A stretch of DNA of 64,000 nt, taken from positions 36,270,001 through 36,334,000 of the forward strand of contig CM060732.1 of NCBI GenBank assembly GCA_030704615.1. The letters run 5' to 3'. Every line of letters starts with the position of its first letter. Positions within the stretch are counted from its first letter, which is position 1. Under the pieces are notes generated by a model, which made no database searches, was not told the origin of the DNA, and saw only the letters and a program-made list of their open reading frames with translations. Positions 23,467 through 37,175 of this stretch are shown here, in pieces. The translations under genes were made by a program, and so were the position numbers. Source of the DNA: Takakia lepidozioides. Its lineage: Eukaryota > Plantae > Bryophyta.

Positions 23467-25869
23467 ATGGGCGGGTGGCGGAATTACTGGGTTGTGCGAT
23501 GGTCCCGTACCAAAATCCGCGATCCGCTTCTCCTGATCTTCCGCAGGTGCAGAACCACCCATTTGATCATTCTCTTGAGATTGAGTGACGAATTTTTCCA
23601 CGCTTCATGGAATCTGTAAGAACTGGAATGGTAGGTCCAATCTTCCAGTTTGAACATGGGCTCTTGAAATGGGCTCGGGGCGTCCTGTGTCCGATTCTTC
23701 CCCTAAGCTTTCTGCATCTGGGAGAGCAGACCAGCACTGTACCACGGGGATTTGTGGTATTATTGTGGCTCTGAATTGCACTGGTGGTTTGGCCGTGTGA
23801 CCAAGTCACACATAGAGGTACAAGTGGCTGCTTTCAGTGTATCCTTGAGGGGATGACTGCTGCTAGCTGGCAGGAGTTCATTGAAATCATCTTTATTAAT
23901 TGTAGTGACTGATGAAGGATCGTATATTGGTCTTAGAGGAGCAGATGCAATTTCTATGCGCCCCCTGTTCTTTGAATGCAAGCAAGGGTTCCGGGTTGAG
24001 GAGTAGTGGTTTAGTCCAGTTGAGCAATTTGTTGTGCCATTGAAAGATAGAAGACAGGTTGGACCTGTGGAGTATGTCCAAGTCGAAATTTCGCATCCCC
24101 CAACTACATTCCTGGGGTCATATTTCGCCTTTCACAAGATACTTCTGATGGAAGCCTCAGCTCTCAGTGTAGAGGAGATACTTTCATAGTCGATACAGTG
24201 CAGCTCTTGATGGAGCTCTTAGTGGGATCATCTTTTGTTCTCTTGGTCACGTGTGGATTTGTGTTGGATGCAGGGGCACGGACCCGAAACAAATGGCTAT
24301 GTCAGGAGCTTTGGGCATTACGCTGGGAATCTTTCCAATTTATGGTTAGTCCGAAGTCTTGTGATTTGGTGAGGATGGGTGGGGAAGGGAGGAAGGAAGG
24401 GCAAGATACAGTATCCTGACCCCAATGACATAGGTGCAGATTCAAATAAATAAGCCCCGTTGAATTGGATGGGTTGACAGGTTCTTGATATTCTCTCAGT
24501 GAGTATGATTTTGCTCATGCTCTTTGTGAAGTTGGATGCTAATTACGTCTTTTGGGGTCTGTGGACTACAAACTTCGTATAACTTTTGTGGTCTCTTCTA
24601 TATTGTTTGACTTGGTGGGATATGTTTGTTGTGTGCACAGGAGTAACAGTGTTCCTGTGTGGAGCAGCAGCTGGAATGCTAGGGAACAAGTGCAACGTAC
24701 CAACATTGATGCTTGCGAATCTCATTGCCACACCTGTAGAACTAATGTAGGCTTTCCTTTTGATTACTGAAATCCTATTAGGAGAGATTGCGAGTAGTCA
24801 CATACTAAATTTTTGTAGGTTTGTCAATGGTGGTTTTGTTACTCGTGTTCTAGTTCTTTGCAGTTAGTGGTTTGGAATTTGGTTCTTTATGACTCATGGG
24901 TGGTTTGATTGGGGCGTATGTAAACATACCCAGTTCGGAATCATCTGTACGTGTTCTTCTGTTCCACCTGTTGTGCTGACATTTTGTCATGATTGGCATG
25001 CTTGGATGGATGCAGCTTGGTAGTCCCCTTTCTGCGGTTGGGTGAACTGTTACTGGGTGGGCATCCTTTCATGCTAACAAGGGACGCACTTTGGAAGGCA
25101 GTTACCTTTAAGGCTTCTAGCAATGTACTGGGGGCGCTTTTACATGCAGTGAGTGTTGTTTTCACCTCTAATTTCATAGGAAGTAGTAGGCAGTCTTCCT
25201 GTTCCGGTAGTTGAGCTGTCAAATGAGACTTCTAGGAGAAGCGTAGTCTATCCGAGGTCTGTGCTGCTTGACAGTGTTAGTTCCATTGTTGTGGATTGGT
25301 TATGCATGCTTGGGGGCTCTTTTTCCTTAAGACTTGAGCCAGGATAGTCTTTAATTATACTTTTGAGTTGGGAAACTTCCCAATGCTTCAGCTAGCAAAT
25401 CAGGTTTAAAGGGGTGACTGGTAGTTATGGGCTGAAAGGGTTCAATACGGTAGATGTGTGTTATCATCCTGATTATGTTTATTCCACGAGTTGCAACCTA
25501 GAATTACTGAAAGTGGTTATGACATGTTTATTTGATGAGATTTTGGATTTGTTAAACACGACTTCAGTTTCTGGCTTTGTTATGTCATCGGGTAGGCTGA
25601 CAACATGGGGTGCAGTTCCAACTTGGAATTGTATACTTCAACTGAGTATACTCACGTTTGAGCATGGGATGGGTGGTGGTGCGTGGTTCTGGCAGTTGGT
25701 GGGTTGGGTGATCGCTGCACCCTTCATCTGTATGGCCTTGTATATTTTCTTTCTGCCTTTGATGCACTGTGCTCGACAGCGTTTCGCTGCCAGTGATCTT
25801 CCCATAAGCCAGCGTGTGGTCCTGCTGAATGAGGAGGTTGCTTCTCCAAGTAAAGATGCGGTCTTGTGA
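23467..25869 (+). CDS. DUF2062-like membrane protein, 5 exons
   Basis: Spliced peptides KIRDPLLLIFR / GTDPKQMAMSGALGITLGIFPIYG / VTVFLCG..PTLMLANLIATPVEL / LVVPFLRLGE..ALLHA / LVGWVIAAPF, with GT-AG junctions. Family assigned from memory. Confidence 0.72.
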
Positions 25870-26878
25870 TTTTTGCTTTTTTTTTTTTCTCTGATTGATA
25901 TGTTGCATTTCAGTTTTTGTGGATGCGTAGATTTCCAAATTAAAATTCAGGTGGATTGTACTATCAAGACATACATCATTATACAATTGTCTTCATTGCT
26001 TTGATACATTCAACTGAGAGTGAGGTTTCTCTTTGATGAGATGTGGTTTTTTTAATTCGTCTAGTTCCATCTCTGAGGGTTGGGAGAAAGCTTATTGTTT
26101 TGTAGTTGGCATGGCTTGATGACTCTCATTGGACGTTCTTGGCGACTCTCATACTGTCAAGAAAATGAAAAACATGAGAACAAACTCGACATGAGTAACA
26201 GAACTCAAACCCCAAGAAGCATTATATCCGTGCTCTGCTTGATAGGTCAGGGTGTGTATCCTTTGTCATACAAATGTCCTTAGGTTTTGCTCAGATAGGA
26301 TCTGTCGACTTTTTGCATCCATGAACCACATTGATAACTAGACAATTCCAGCAAGGTGTCCATGTCTGCTGTGTCAAAATCGGAGGTTTCAAATGTACTT
26401 CTCTCTGAGAATGTCTTCTGAGTGACCACAGAATGGCGGTACTCTTCATCTGCCTCCATTCCAATTTCCAATGTTGCACACTAATGCTCCACCTCCACAG
26501 CAGTAGCCAACTGCAATGTGAGGTGCGATCTTGTGAGCAGCTGAAATGGGTCCATAAATCCGCCAACCGAAGTTCGAGAACTCAACGTAACCTCGAACTT
26601 TCACAACCCACACCTTTAGCACAAAGATCTGGCGTCTTCCTCACTTTGTTTGGAGGAGGTATGGTCGGCCACAATGGGATTAAACTGACTAACAACAAAA
26701 CCAAATCGGTGAACCCAACTTTTAGTGATCTGTAATGTGCAAGAAACTTATTAGTGACATGGTGTCCTAATTGGCGGGCTTTATGTACTTACTAGCAATA
26801 ACCCAAATATTGTATGGGAGAAGTGTTCTCTTCATTCCGGATTTGATTCTCTCGTGCTGTGGTGGTCCCTGCGGAACG

Positions 26879-28329
26879 ATGGCGTTGCTTGATAAAATCG
26901 GTAACCTGTTTGGAAATGGCGATTCCCTGCCATGGACGGACGCAGAAATGATAGCTGTGAGTTCCTAGTTCCTACCCTTGCAGTTGCAGGTGATATGCAT
27001 CTGCTTACCTCCTGCTGATTCTTTTTTATTGGAATTGCATGAAATGTTTCGAGATCGATACCAGGATGCCAACAGGTGGTTTCATTGTGGGCTGTTATGG
27101 GTGCAGTCCAGGAACGAGGTGGTAGTTTATGCAATGAAAATATGACGACCAATTTTTTCCTGCTACAAAAGCACATAGTTTTATGAGGGAGGGAGAGGCG
27201 GTGAATGTTGGATCTTTGAAGGTTTTGATAGAATGGTGTACTTTTCACATATGAAGAGGACTGTATGCATCAAGGGTAGGCCAGCGTTAGCATACTCAAG
27301 GTCGTTTCGGATGGCATGGATCTGCATGGGGATTGTAGAGCTGTGAGCAGGAAGTATTTGCGCAGAAGGCGGGTCCAGATGCCCCCGACAGTATCATGAG
27401 GTTGGCATGGACCCTAGTCCATTCGCGGCAATCGGCTGATGTGCAGCGTGGCATAGCGATGCTTGAAGGTACCGGATTAAATCTCTTTCTGGAACTTTTC
27501 AGTGGGGATCTCTCTGTATACTGGGTTGCATTTAGGTTATCCCATCTAGAGTTGATCCTCGTGGTTGCGACCGAGGAAGGCATGGTTGTGAATTCACCAT
27601 TCTTTTTTTGGGTACATGCAGCATCCTTGGCGGGCCAAGGAGGACCACTGAAGAAGAGGGAAATTTTATATTTGCTTGCTGTGGGGCAATACCGATCTGG
27701 CGAGTATGCAAGGAGCCGGCGCTTGGTTGACCAGGCTCTTCATGTTAGCCATTCCACATCATCTACTCTTGGGGGTGAATTGTGAAAAATTCATATGGGA
27801 CAAAAGGAGTGTTGTGGGACAGTAATCAATGCACTTTCCCTCCTCAAGTGGTTACTAGTTGTAGATATTGTTAGGACTGAAACTTTGAAGGCTTACCTTG
27901 TGCAGATTTCTCCCGACTTTCGGCAAGCTGAGGCTCTCAAGAGAATGATTGAAGACAAAATAGCCAAAGGTAGAAGAGTGCTCCCTGCTATGGAACTTGC
28001 TCACTGTTCTGAAGTGATTAAGGGTTCGGCAGGCAGTCCTACATGTTTTTGAATTCAGACTTCAACTGCATAGATTGTGTTCTCTGTGCCACACTGGTAC
28101 AAATATGTACATCTGGTGGACAGGGGCTGGGTGTATGTGTGTATCTGAGGCCGTGGGATGAGAAAGGGAAACCAACTGTTGGAGATGTGTCATGGTTGAT
28201 GCTGTGTTCTGTCATCTGTTGGGAAATGGTGGGCCAGATGGAATGATAGGGGTAGGCTTGGCAGCAGCAGCAGTGGGCCTTGTGGCCAGTGGTATTGCAG
28301 CTGCAGTGGCAGGATCCCGCAAGAGGTAA
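26879..28329 (+). CDS. FIS1: Mitochondrial/peroxisomal fission protein FIS1, 5 exons
   Basis: GDSLPWTD, MRLAWTLVHSRQSADVQRGIAMLE, REILYLLAVGQYRSGEYARSR, SPDFRQAEALK, KIAKDGMIGVG, a transmembrane anchor and terminal SRKR*. Confidence 0.93.
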
Positions 28330-31206
28330 CAAGTTGGAACAAGAGCTTCTTCCACGGTCATTTCACATGCTGATCTCTAGGTTCTTTATCTTTATCGCGC
28401 AAAGATGTTTAGCTTTTCAGCTTGTTGTATTTAGCTTCTGCGACATGCCCATCAGCGGCATCTAGACGTGGCTGTTTATCAGTACTTTCTATTATATTTT
28501 ATAGGGCCTGTTTTTAAGTTGGAGTCAATCCCAATCTAGATATGACTGCGATATTACAGGTATTGCCCGAATTTAAGGAGATGTTAGCTTTGTGACCACA
28601 AACAAGAAGCCCCTGATGTAGTGTTGTTGCTGCCTTGACTTTAGTAGGGGAGTTCATAGAGTCTCAGTTGAAGGGAAATTGTTGAAGTTCATACCTGCCC
28701 TCTGGAGCCTATGGTAGCTCAGGGTGACTTCAGTGCTTAACAGAATTGACATTATGCAGGAAAAAGGCTACTTTACAAAATAAAGCTGAGGTTCGGTGCT
28801 GCAGTACCCAAGACACTTGTTTAATCATGCAAAATAGCCAACTGGCAAAACAGCAGCACATTGTCAAACAGAACATGACAGTAATTACAATGACATCCAC
28901 AGGAAGTGCTTGGGGGTGCCTACTTCATTCTTCGTCATGAGCCCTGCTATCCTCACAAAGGTTATCTCCTACTTTCCCCGAGTCATAGTCGATGAAGAAG
29001 TAAGAGGACGTACTTCCCAAGGAAGCGTAGAACATGGCTGGTCTCAAATCCCCATATGAATGGCAAGAGCTGAATTCGTCCGTAACACGCATGCCTCAAA
29101 GTGGCTCATTACACCCTGCGAGAAGGTGGGCACTAGTTATCCTATCTGGCTTAGTGTTTTGAGTCTATTGACCCAAAGAAGACAACAACCAAGCTGAGCT
29201 TGTGACAGAGTGAGAAGATGTACCATACTCAAGAAGACAATCCTTCAGAAGCAATTTCAGGACGTGCTAACAGTAAGGGCAACAAGACAGGCCAGAAGTA
29301 GAAGCAATTGGCGAACCACAGCATTGGAAGAAGCATGAATCCAGCGTAGTAAAAGTTTCGAGCCAGCTTCAACGCCTCTCCCGACTAGGCACTCCCAGAG
29401 GCCCATCGACCGTGGGTCATTGCACCCCTGCTCTGGAGCCATTGAATCTCGGTCTCCTGCTCTCCCTCCATCGCTGCACATAAAATATGGATGGCCTCCT
29501 AGAAGACAACGAGAATTGTAATATTTAGCCCTACTTGTCATTCGCCCATTATTTTACTAAAAGAGATCAGCTCTGTAGGTAGCATCAGTTCCACAGAATA
29601 TAGCCATGCTCGCAATCTTTTCTCAAAGCACGATCGCCCTGCGTGTCATCGCCAACGCAGGTACCTTCATTCTTCTCGCTCTGCAATTTTTCACAGTTTC
29701 ATCGGATCAATTAATCCTGATTATGTGGTGAAAACTCCTGCTACTGACAAATGGATTTGCTTACCACATTTCATATTAGACACGTTGTCCCCACAAACGA
29801 AGTGTTTCGTTTGTTTCAGCATGCCTCCTTTTGTTAAAATGCTATGTCTTTAAATCAACTGGGGATCTTGGTTCCAAACATGGATGTCATGTGGAGGTCA
29901 TGTGCACTAAACTTTCCTGAAGCACACATGAACTTGCCAGATTTAACTGGGGGTTATTTAGATAGACGGGGCTGCTGCAAGAATATACAATAAATGAGAA
30001 ATACTCCGCCGAACCTCAGTCGAAAGTTGTTTGAAGGGATTCTGAGAGAAATGAGAGCAGGCCTACATATTATAGTTCATAAGTCATACATCTTTTTCTT
30101 CATGCATAGATCTAAGATTTCGAAATCTGTTCACCTATTTTGCACATATCTTTTGCCTAATCTGCTTCTACCTTGATATTGATTTGTGTAGACTCCTGTA
30201 GCTACCCTTGTCAGTTCAGTTTGATCTGGCTTCCAAATTGCTTTCTTCTCCTTGTGCCCCAGGTGTTTCAGAGGTTTACTATTTCATGAACAGAAACCAT
30301 GAGCCATGAGCCATGAGCCGCATGAGCGGTGAGCCGAAGTCTAAGACACGCGGATTTCATGAGCGGACTCCTCCAAATTTGGAAATGCGGCAGATTAAAC
30401 AAGTATTAAAATAATAGTTATTTATTTGACCTTGCCGTTTTTGGAAGTTCCACATCCTGTAATGCGGCGAAGATATGTCGTCAGTAACAAGTCCGCTCAT
30501 GGTTTTTTAGATCCGCTCATGGAAATGATTGACCGTGCAACGAGAAAAATGACAAAATGACGTCGCATACTGGCCTGTATAGAGTATTCCGCGGTTTTAC
30601 ATGCCTTAACATTGGAATGAAGCTGACCCTTCTGCCGCGATTGAACCAATAGAGTCTGCACCAATAGAGTCTGCAGTACTTCACAATTTTGTCATCTTCG
30701 GGTATTCGGCGGGAAAGATTTGCGACTCAACTGGGAAATGCGGTGCCGCATTAGGGCTCGCACGTGCGAAATTTCTGGGGAGTTTGGTGTTGGCGATGGT
30801 CGGCTCCTTGAAGGCTGGGGTGCGACTATCTTGCTATGACGAAGGCCGCATCTACCAGTACCTACGACGTTACTTGGAAATGCGGCGCCGCATTTCCTTG
30901 CCGGGGGTCGAATGAGGAAAACAAAGTTTGGGAGAGCAGAAAAACAGGAACCCTCCAACAAACAAAAATACAAGCACGTAGAAAAAAAGTGAAATGACAT
31001 AATATTATCTTAGTTCGAGCAAAACAAATTACTGGTAGGCAAGACATAAGTCCGACCTTTCTGTGGCAAGACTCAGAGGTACTTGCAGCAGTACAGTTCT
31101 ACTATAACTGAAACTCCGAAAAGGATGGGCGTACCATGGTTGGGGACCGCAAGCCAAGCTCACTGGTCCCCTGGATCCATATTCAGAAGAGTGTGCACCT
31201 GGGGGC

Positions 31207-34200
31207 TCAACCTTGGTGCATGTATGAAATGATGAGTTGTGGAATTACACGGAGTCTCTTTAGGTACACGTAGTACAGATGCTTGCAAGGGCAGTATGAT
31301 GCCCCCTTGTTCGCCATGATCTGGAAGTCGGTGCAATTGCAGGTAAGTAATTTTGAAATGGTGATGGTGTACACCTCATTGCGAACAGCTGAGCCTGCCG
31401 TGGCCATCTGATACACACGCCCGAAGCCTGGTGGGGGCACTTCTGTCGAGCTCTGGATTGTACAGTTCATCCGAAGTGCATCCCCATCCTTGTCTCGTTT
31501 ACTTTTGAGGGAGGTCGCCGCCTCTTCGGTTTCCCCCAACGGTGTGTAGGATGTTTAGAGCTGTCGTGTCCCATTGTTCTTGCTCTCACAGGGGTCGGTG
31601 GTGGAGGCTGTGGAAGCTGGTTGTCTGGGGACGTCAGTGCGCTGCACCATCCAAAATCCTGCGGCGGTAAGGGCGTCGGCCTCGACCTGATTCAGACAGC
31701 CCCATCTGGATTCCTCCTTATCATCTCTAAACAACGTTGTCGTGTATCCACTTGAATTGCGGAACACTTGCCTCGAAACGACGGCTTTGTGCGAGCAATT
31801 CTCCACTGTGACGCAGACACAGTCGTCTCCACAATGGCTTGGCCATACTGCATAACAACGGGCGGAATCTGGGGCAAGCGAGCGGTGGGAATTTCTCGCA
31901 CGGAATCCCGCTTGAAGCGATGCGATCTGGAATTTCTTGGGCTTCCACTGCTGGAAGACACATTGTGCGGCAATATGACAGGACCTCGAGGTGCTGTCCG
32001 AATGTTCCTGTCGGATCTCCAGGAATCCTCTTCGCACCCGGGTTCCTCTTCAATCCTCCGCCTCACAGGGCGAGTACGGACGTCCCCCTCTAGGTGTTCA
32101 CCTCTGCGGTGCAGAGGCGTCCCTTTGATCTTCTCTCGCAATGTTGTCGCCCATTTCAGTGGATTCTTCGACCTCGAAGCTATTCGTACCAACAATTCCT
32201 CCTGTCCGGCCCAAAGCCCCATTGTTTCCCGCTCAGGAACTTGTAGTACGTGGCTTGCTTCATGATTGCTCTGTCGATGTCCTCCATTGTGGCCGTCACT
32301 ACGTCCACCAGATGTGCGGCAGAAGACGCTCGCCAGGAGGAGTGGACTGATTTTACCATATTCGTGTTCGGCATGTCCGTGTCGGAATCCAAGCACCGCT
32401 CCTACAAGGACACAAACAATGGTGAGGGACCAATGGAAAGGTCCGTAAAGAGAAAAATTGCACGAAAATGACAGCATTATACCTCCGCATGTTACTGTCG
32501 ACCGGAAATGCCACCACCCCAACCAGCTGTGCAAGGCTCCCAGATTGGTTGTCTCCACTGCACCTGACGTGTTCCACCAAGCCTCAATGATAGCAAACTT
32601 AACCTCCGCGTCATCAAATGTGGGTGCATCCTTCCACGCCGTACAAAGGACACGGTGTTCAGCCTGGAATGAGCTAGCAACAAATTTGGTAGTGTAGTGA
32701 GATAGACTCTGCATCCAATGGAATCCACAGGATCTCTCTTTCCCCTCCATTGGAACATTGGGGTCCTCACCGTACACACGCCGCACCGCTGCCCAATTGG
32801 CTGAGCGTTGTCTGCCATGAATCCCCTGAAATTGGCTCTGGCAATCCCGCCCTTGCCATCTGCTCGTTTATGCCCTCCCACAGATGCATCTCCGACTGTG
32901 TGTCCTCCCTTTCATCTCGCAGATTGCAATCGTCATGAGCCTTTTGGAGTGATAGTCATAAACATGCGCACCCATAGTCACCCACTGATGGTTTGTAATT
33001 CGCTTGATGTGATCAAACATCACCCAAGCATTCGACAAGTTTCCAGTTGTCATGCGAGTGACCAAGTCGACTCCACTCCCAGGCCCACACGTCGACATTT
33101 TAAAAATGTAACAACGATCGGATTCGCTGCCTTGCCCTGGAAACCTGCTACCTTGGATGTAGTCATATCCAGTCATTCGTTTCACCTCCAGGATTGAGTG
33201 CATGTCCGACCCCCGGCCGAACTCCTGCTTGCAAGATACGATGTGATTCCGCACATTCGGACTACAAACGTGCGAGACGGACTCCAACAGGTCAAGCATC
33301 TCCTCTTCGTTCAAGGGCACTCGGTCTAAACCATCTTCAGACATGATTTTGCCAAGAGCAATCTTGTGGGCTGCCTTCAGCTGAATCTGCTTTGGTCTGG
33401 CTCCGGGGCTCAATTTCACCTCCTCTTTTATGATGTCGTGTGCTTCCTGCATAGCCTCACGCATGTTGCCTCTCGCCAAAGGGATGGCAGTGGACCCCAA
33501 CGTGTATGCAAGCTCTAGTCAAGTCCGGGAGCTGGATTACGTAATATTGCTTGGCTCTACACATGGACATGCACGTCGGTGGTTCTTTGCAATGTGCGCA
33601 CTTGAAAGTACCCGCAGGAGACAATGAATGGATGATGGGTTGTGCCAGTCCAATCCGTCTCGTTTCTCCGCCCTCCTTTGGAGAGAAAGTGGAAGCAGGC
33701 GGGATTGAGGCACCTCAGCTTCCCCGCACAGAGGACATATCGTACACGAAACACATCAAGTAATTTTCGTGCTACTGGTCTTCGTCACACACCAGGGGTG
33801 TCCGTCATGCTTTCGATCCATGTCTGTTAACATCCCTGAGGCTTTGTTTGACGAAGTAACAGGTGGAACTCGAAGATGACATTGCCATCGACTTCGGGAG
33901 GCAGATACGTTACCTTCCTGACTGGAAATTTGGCATAGTCGAAAGCAGCCAGCTCGGAGCGAGAACCATCGAGGTGATGTTGCCGTAGGAGCTGCACAAT
34001 GGACCGGGTTGGAGTTATGCTCGAGGGTACATGCGTAGCACCTGCAGAGACGTCCATGTCGGATTTGAACGACCGTGTGGAGGACATGGGGACCTCAATG
34101 CACTCATCTTCCTCGTCGGAAATGTCGAATACGTCCACACGAGAAGCTATGGAGGGTCTTGACGGTCCAGGTCGGGAATGATTATCGTTGCATACCTCTC

Positions 34201-34339
34201 TGTTGGCAGTGGCCGCCAGTCGGTTTCCGGACTCCTTTGTGGATGGTGTGGCAGCGACTGATTCGGAAAGGGAATGGGCATTCCCACAGCTCGGTACAGG
34301 ATGGTGTCTGATGGGGGTACGTGCCATTCGATTCCGCAA
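31207..34339 (-). pseudogene. MULE-like DDE transposase with N-terminal Cys/His zinc-binding region and C-terminal SWIM finger, frameshifted
   Basis: Fragments CAGKLRCLNPAC; WVMFDHIKR (D1); FRGFMADNAQ (D2); RSCGFHW (CxxH); PNTNMVKSVH (expected E position reads K); SWIM CNCTDF..CPCKH at 31207-31539. Confidence 0.75.
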
Positions 34340-34914
34340 CCTCCGTCGTTACCTAGCACGACAATGGTCTCGTCAACCTGTCCAGGAACATCCTTCCTTT
34401 CTTCTTCCAAATAAACTGTGCCCGGTTTGAGCTTGAATTCACTCTGCAAAGTCCTCCCTCGTTTGGGATCCAGGCTCTCCCAAGTTGCGGAGGACAACAA
34501 ACTATAGCGTAGGAATTCGGAGCCATCGAAGACCGCACGAAGTTGGCAAGTGCGAGGTTCAGTATAGCGACAGACCAAGGCTCACAAGCACCGTGTAAGT
34601 GGATCTGCGGAGTCCATCGACGATTGGAAGTCGCACATTGAAGTGGAAAGTATTGTTTCAAGCTACATGCATGAAGGTGGGAGGTGTGATTCCATATCCA
34701 GTAAGTATGACAATGATGGCCGATTCGGCGACGAAATAACATCTCCTGACAGTTTCTCCTGAGGGTGGATCCAACAGTATTCTCGGTGCAGACATGAACG
34801 TTCGCACTGACAAGTGCCAGGACTGTTAGTTAAAACGGTTAGACAACCAAGTTGTGCTCATTAAGACAGGCCGCAATTGTGTTGTTTCGGAACAATGCAA
34901 CCCATTGAGGTTCC

Positions 34915-36600
34915 GCATGCGGAAATGAGGTTCCGCATTTCCGTCGGAGTGATTTTGATTGCTGTTGGACGGAAATACGGCGCCGCATTTCCGTTTTGCA
35001 TCTTAGTCATGCTCCAGTGCGACGGAAATGCGGCACCGAGTTTCCGTCCGGGGGAAACCTTTATACTCTCCAGAACGGAAATGCGGTGCCGCATTTCCAT
35101 CCAACAAGTACGGTATGTGAAGGTGGAACGGAAATGCGGCGCCACATTTCCGTTTTGTATCTGAGGCATGGAGTTGAGGGACTGAAATGTTGCACCGCAT
35201 TTCCGTCCGTTTGATACCTTCATACTCTCCAGAACGGAAATGCGGTACCGCATTTCCATCCGAGTCGCACCTTCAGACATTCCATAACGGAAAAATACGA
35301 CGCCGCATTTCCGTTTTGTATCTGAGGCATGGACCTGAGGGACGGAAATGCTGCACCACATTTCCGTCCGTTTGAGACCTTCATACTCTTCAGAACGGAA
35401 ATGCGGTACTGCATTTCCGTTCTGACTGAAAATCGTGAACCATCGGAACTGAAATGCGGCACCGCATTTCCGTCCGAGTCGCACTTTCTGACATTCCTGA
35501 ACGAAAATGCGGCGCCGCATTTCCGTTTTGTATCTGAGGCATGTAGCTGAGGGACGGAAATGCTGCACCGCATTTCCGTCCGTTTGAGACCTTCATACTC
35601 TCCAAAACGCAAATGCGGTACCGCATTTCCGTTCTGACTGAAATCGTGAACCTCGGAACTCAAATGCGGCCGCATTTCCGTCCGAGTCGCACTTCCGACA
35701 TTCCAGAACGGAAATGCCCGCATTTCCATTTTGTATCTGAGGCATGGAGCCGAGGGACAGAAATGCTGCACCGCATTTCCGACCGGTTGAGACCTTCATA
35801 CGGTCCAGAATGGAAATGCGGTACCGCATTTCCGTTCTGACTGAAAATCGTGAACCATCGGAACTGAAATGCGGCACCGCATTTCCGTCTGAGTCGCACC
35901 TTCCGACATTCCAGAACGGAAATGCGGCGCCGCATTTCCGTTTTGTATCTGAGGCATGGAGCTGAGGGATGGAAATGCTGCACCGCATTTCCGACCGTTT
36001 GAGACCTTCATACTGTCCAGAATGGAAATGCGGTACCGCAAAATCATGAACCATTGGAACTGAAATGCGGCACCGCATTTCCGTCCGAGTCGCACCTTCG
36101 ACATTCCAGAACGGAAATGCGGCGCCGCATTCCGTTTGTATCTGAGGCATGGAGTGTGGGACGGAAATGCGACACCGTATTTCCGTCCAGGTGAACCTTC
36201 ATACTCGAACGGAAATGCGGCACGGCATTTCCGTTCGACAACTAAGATATGTGAAGGTGGAACGGAAATGCGGTACCGCATTTCCGTTCTAATTGAAAAT
36301 CATAAACCACGGGAACTGAAATGTGGTGCCGCATTTGCGTCCGAGTCGCACCTTCCGACATTCCAGAACGTAAATGCGGCGCTGCATTTACCTTTTGTAT
36401 CTCAGGCATGGAGCTGTGGGACGGAAATGCGGCACCGCATTTCCGTTCAACAACTAAGGTTGTGAAGTTTGGAACGGAAATGCGGTGCCGCATTTCGTCC
36501 AACGAGTACGGTATGTATAGCTTCGGGATGGTACTTAACGGAAATGTGGCGCCGCATTTTCACTCTAACTCATCAGACGCTGGGACGGAAATGCCATGAT
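34915..36600. repeat. Array of ~32 palindromes GGAAATGCGG(CG/CA/TG/TA)CCGCATTTCC with 53-bp period
   Basis: Starts read at 35024, 35077, 35130, 35183, 35236 and at 35344, 35397, 35450, 35503, 35556, 35609. A few distinct 31-bp spacers cycle, giving a ~212-bp higher-order unit. Confidence 0.95.
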
Positions 36601-37175
36601 ATGTGAACACGTGGAGCAACGGAATTGCGGCACATGTCTGCACTCTATCTGTCTGAAGTGGCAGGAGGCGGTGCGGCCTGACCGTTGGATAATGATGTGT
36701 GTTTTTCAGACGGCAGGCGTACCCTTGACGATTCGAATTTTGTAATGACGCAAAGTCCACGAGGAGACACTTTCGTCCAAGCCTTTCAAAACCAAGTGGT
36801 GCATCACCGCCGTTTTATCTTCTTTTGTCGTGTCTACTTAGTCACCCCTCTCGCGCCCTTTCCATCTGCACTCTTCGCCCATTTTGCCTGTCTCTGTTCT
36901 TCTTATGCTCGAACCTGAGAGGGAGGGAGTGCGTGCACCAGAGAAGAGACATCGTCGCAAGCTCCGAAAATTGTACTTCGGACGTAGGCCGATGCCGAAG
37001 GGGAGGAAGCAGATGCGTCTATAGGAGGAGATTGCCATCTCGTAGCATCAGGCCATGCAGGCAACCCAGCCACCAGTCAGAGCTCCGTGCTATCGGGATT
37101 CGCGCAGCTGATCGAGCACCGAAACCCCCCTCATTTTTCTTCTGCAATTCTTAGACTGTATGCTAAGAGACTTGA

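Noticed and set aside
29600-30260. Decayed NLR-like gene (KFSAHDL resembling the MHD motif on the minus strand), and other coding-like stretches at 58750-64000
   Set aside because: Too degraded to assign by eye; would need tBLASTn or HMM support.
34861-36599. Many overlapping ORFs (EMRRRIS / KCGAAF / GNAAPHF peptides), also at 41693-42835
   Set aside because: Translations of the palindromic repeat in all six frames.
34915-36600. CRISPR array (palindromic repeat with constant-length spacers)
   Set aside because: Spacers recur in a cycle rather than being unique, there are no cas genes, and the context is a eukaryotic transposon.
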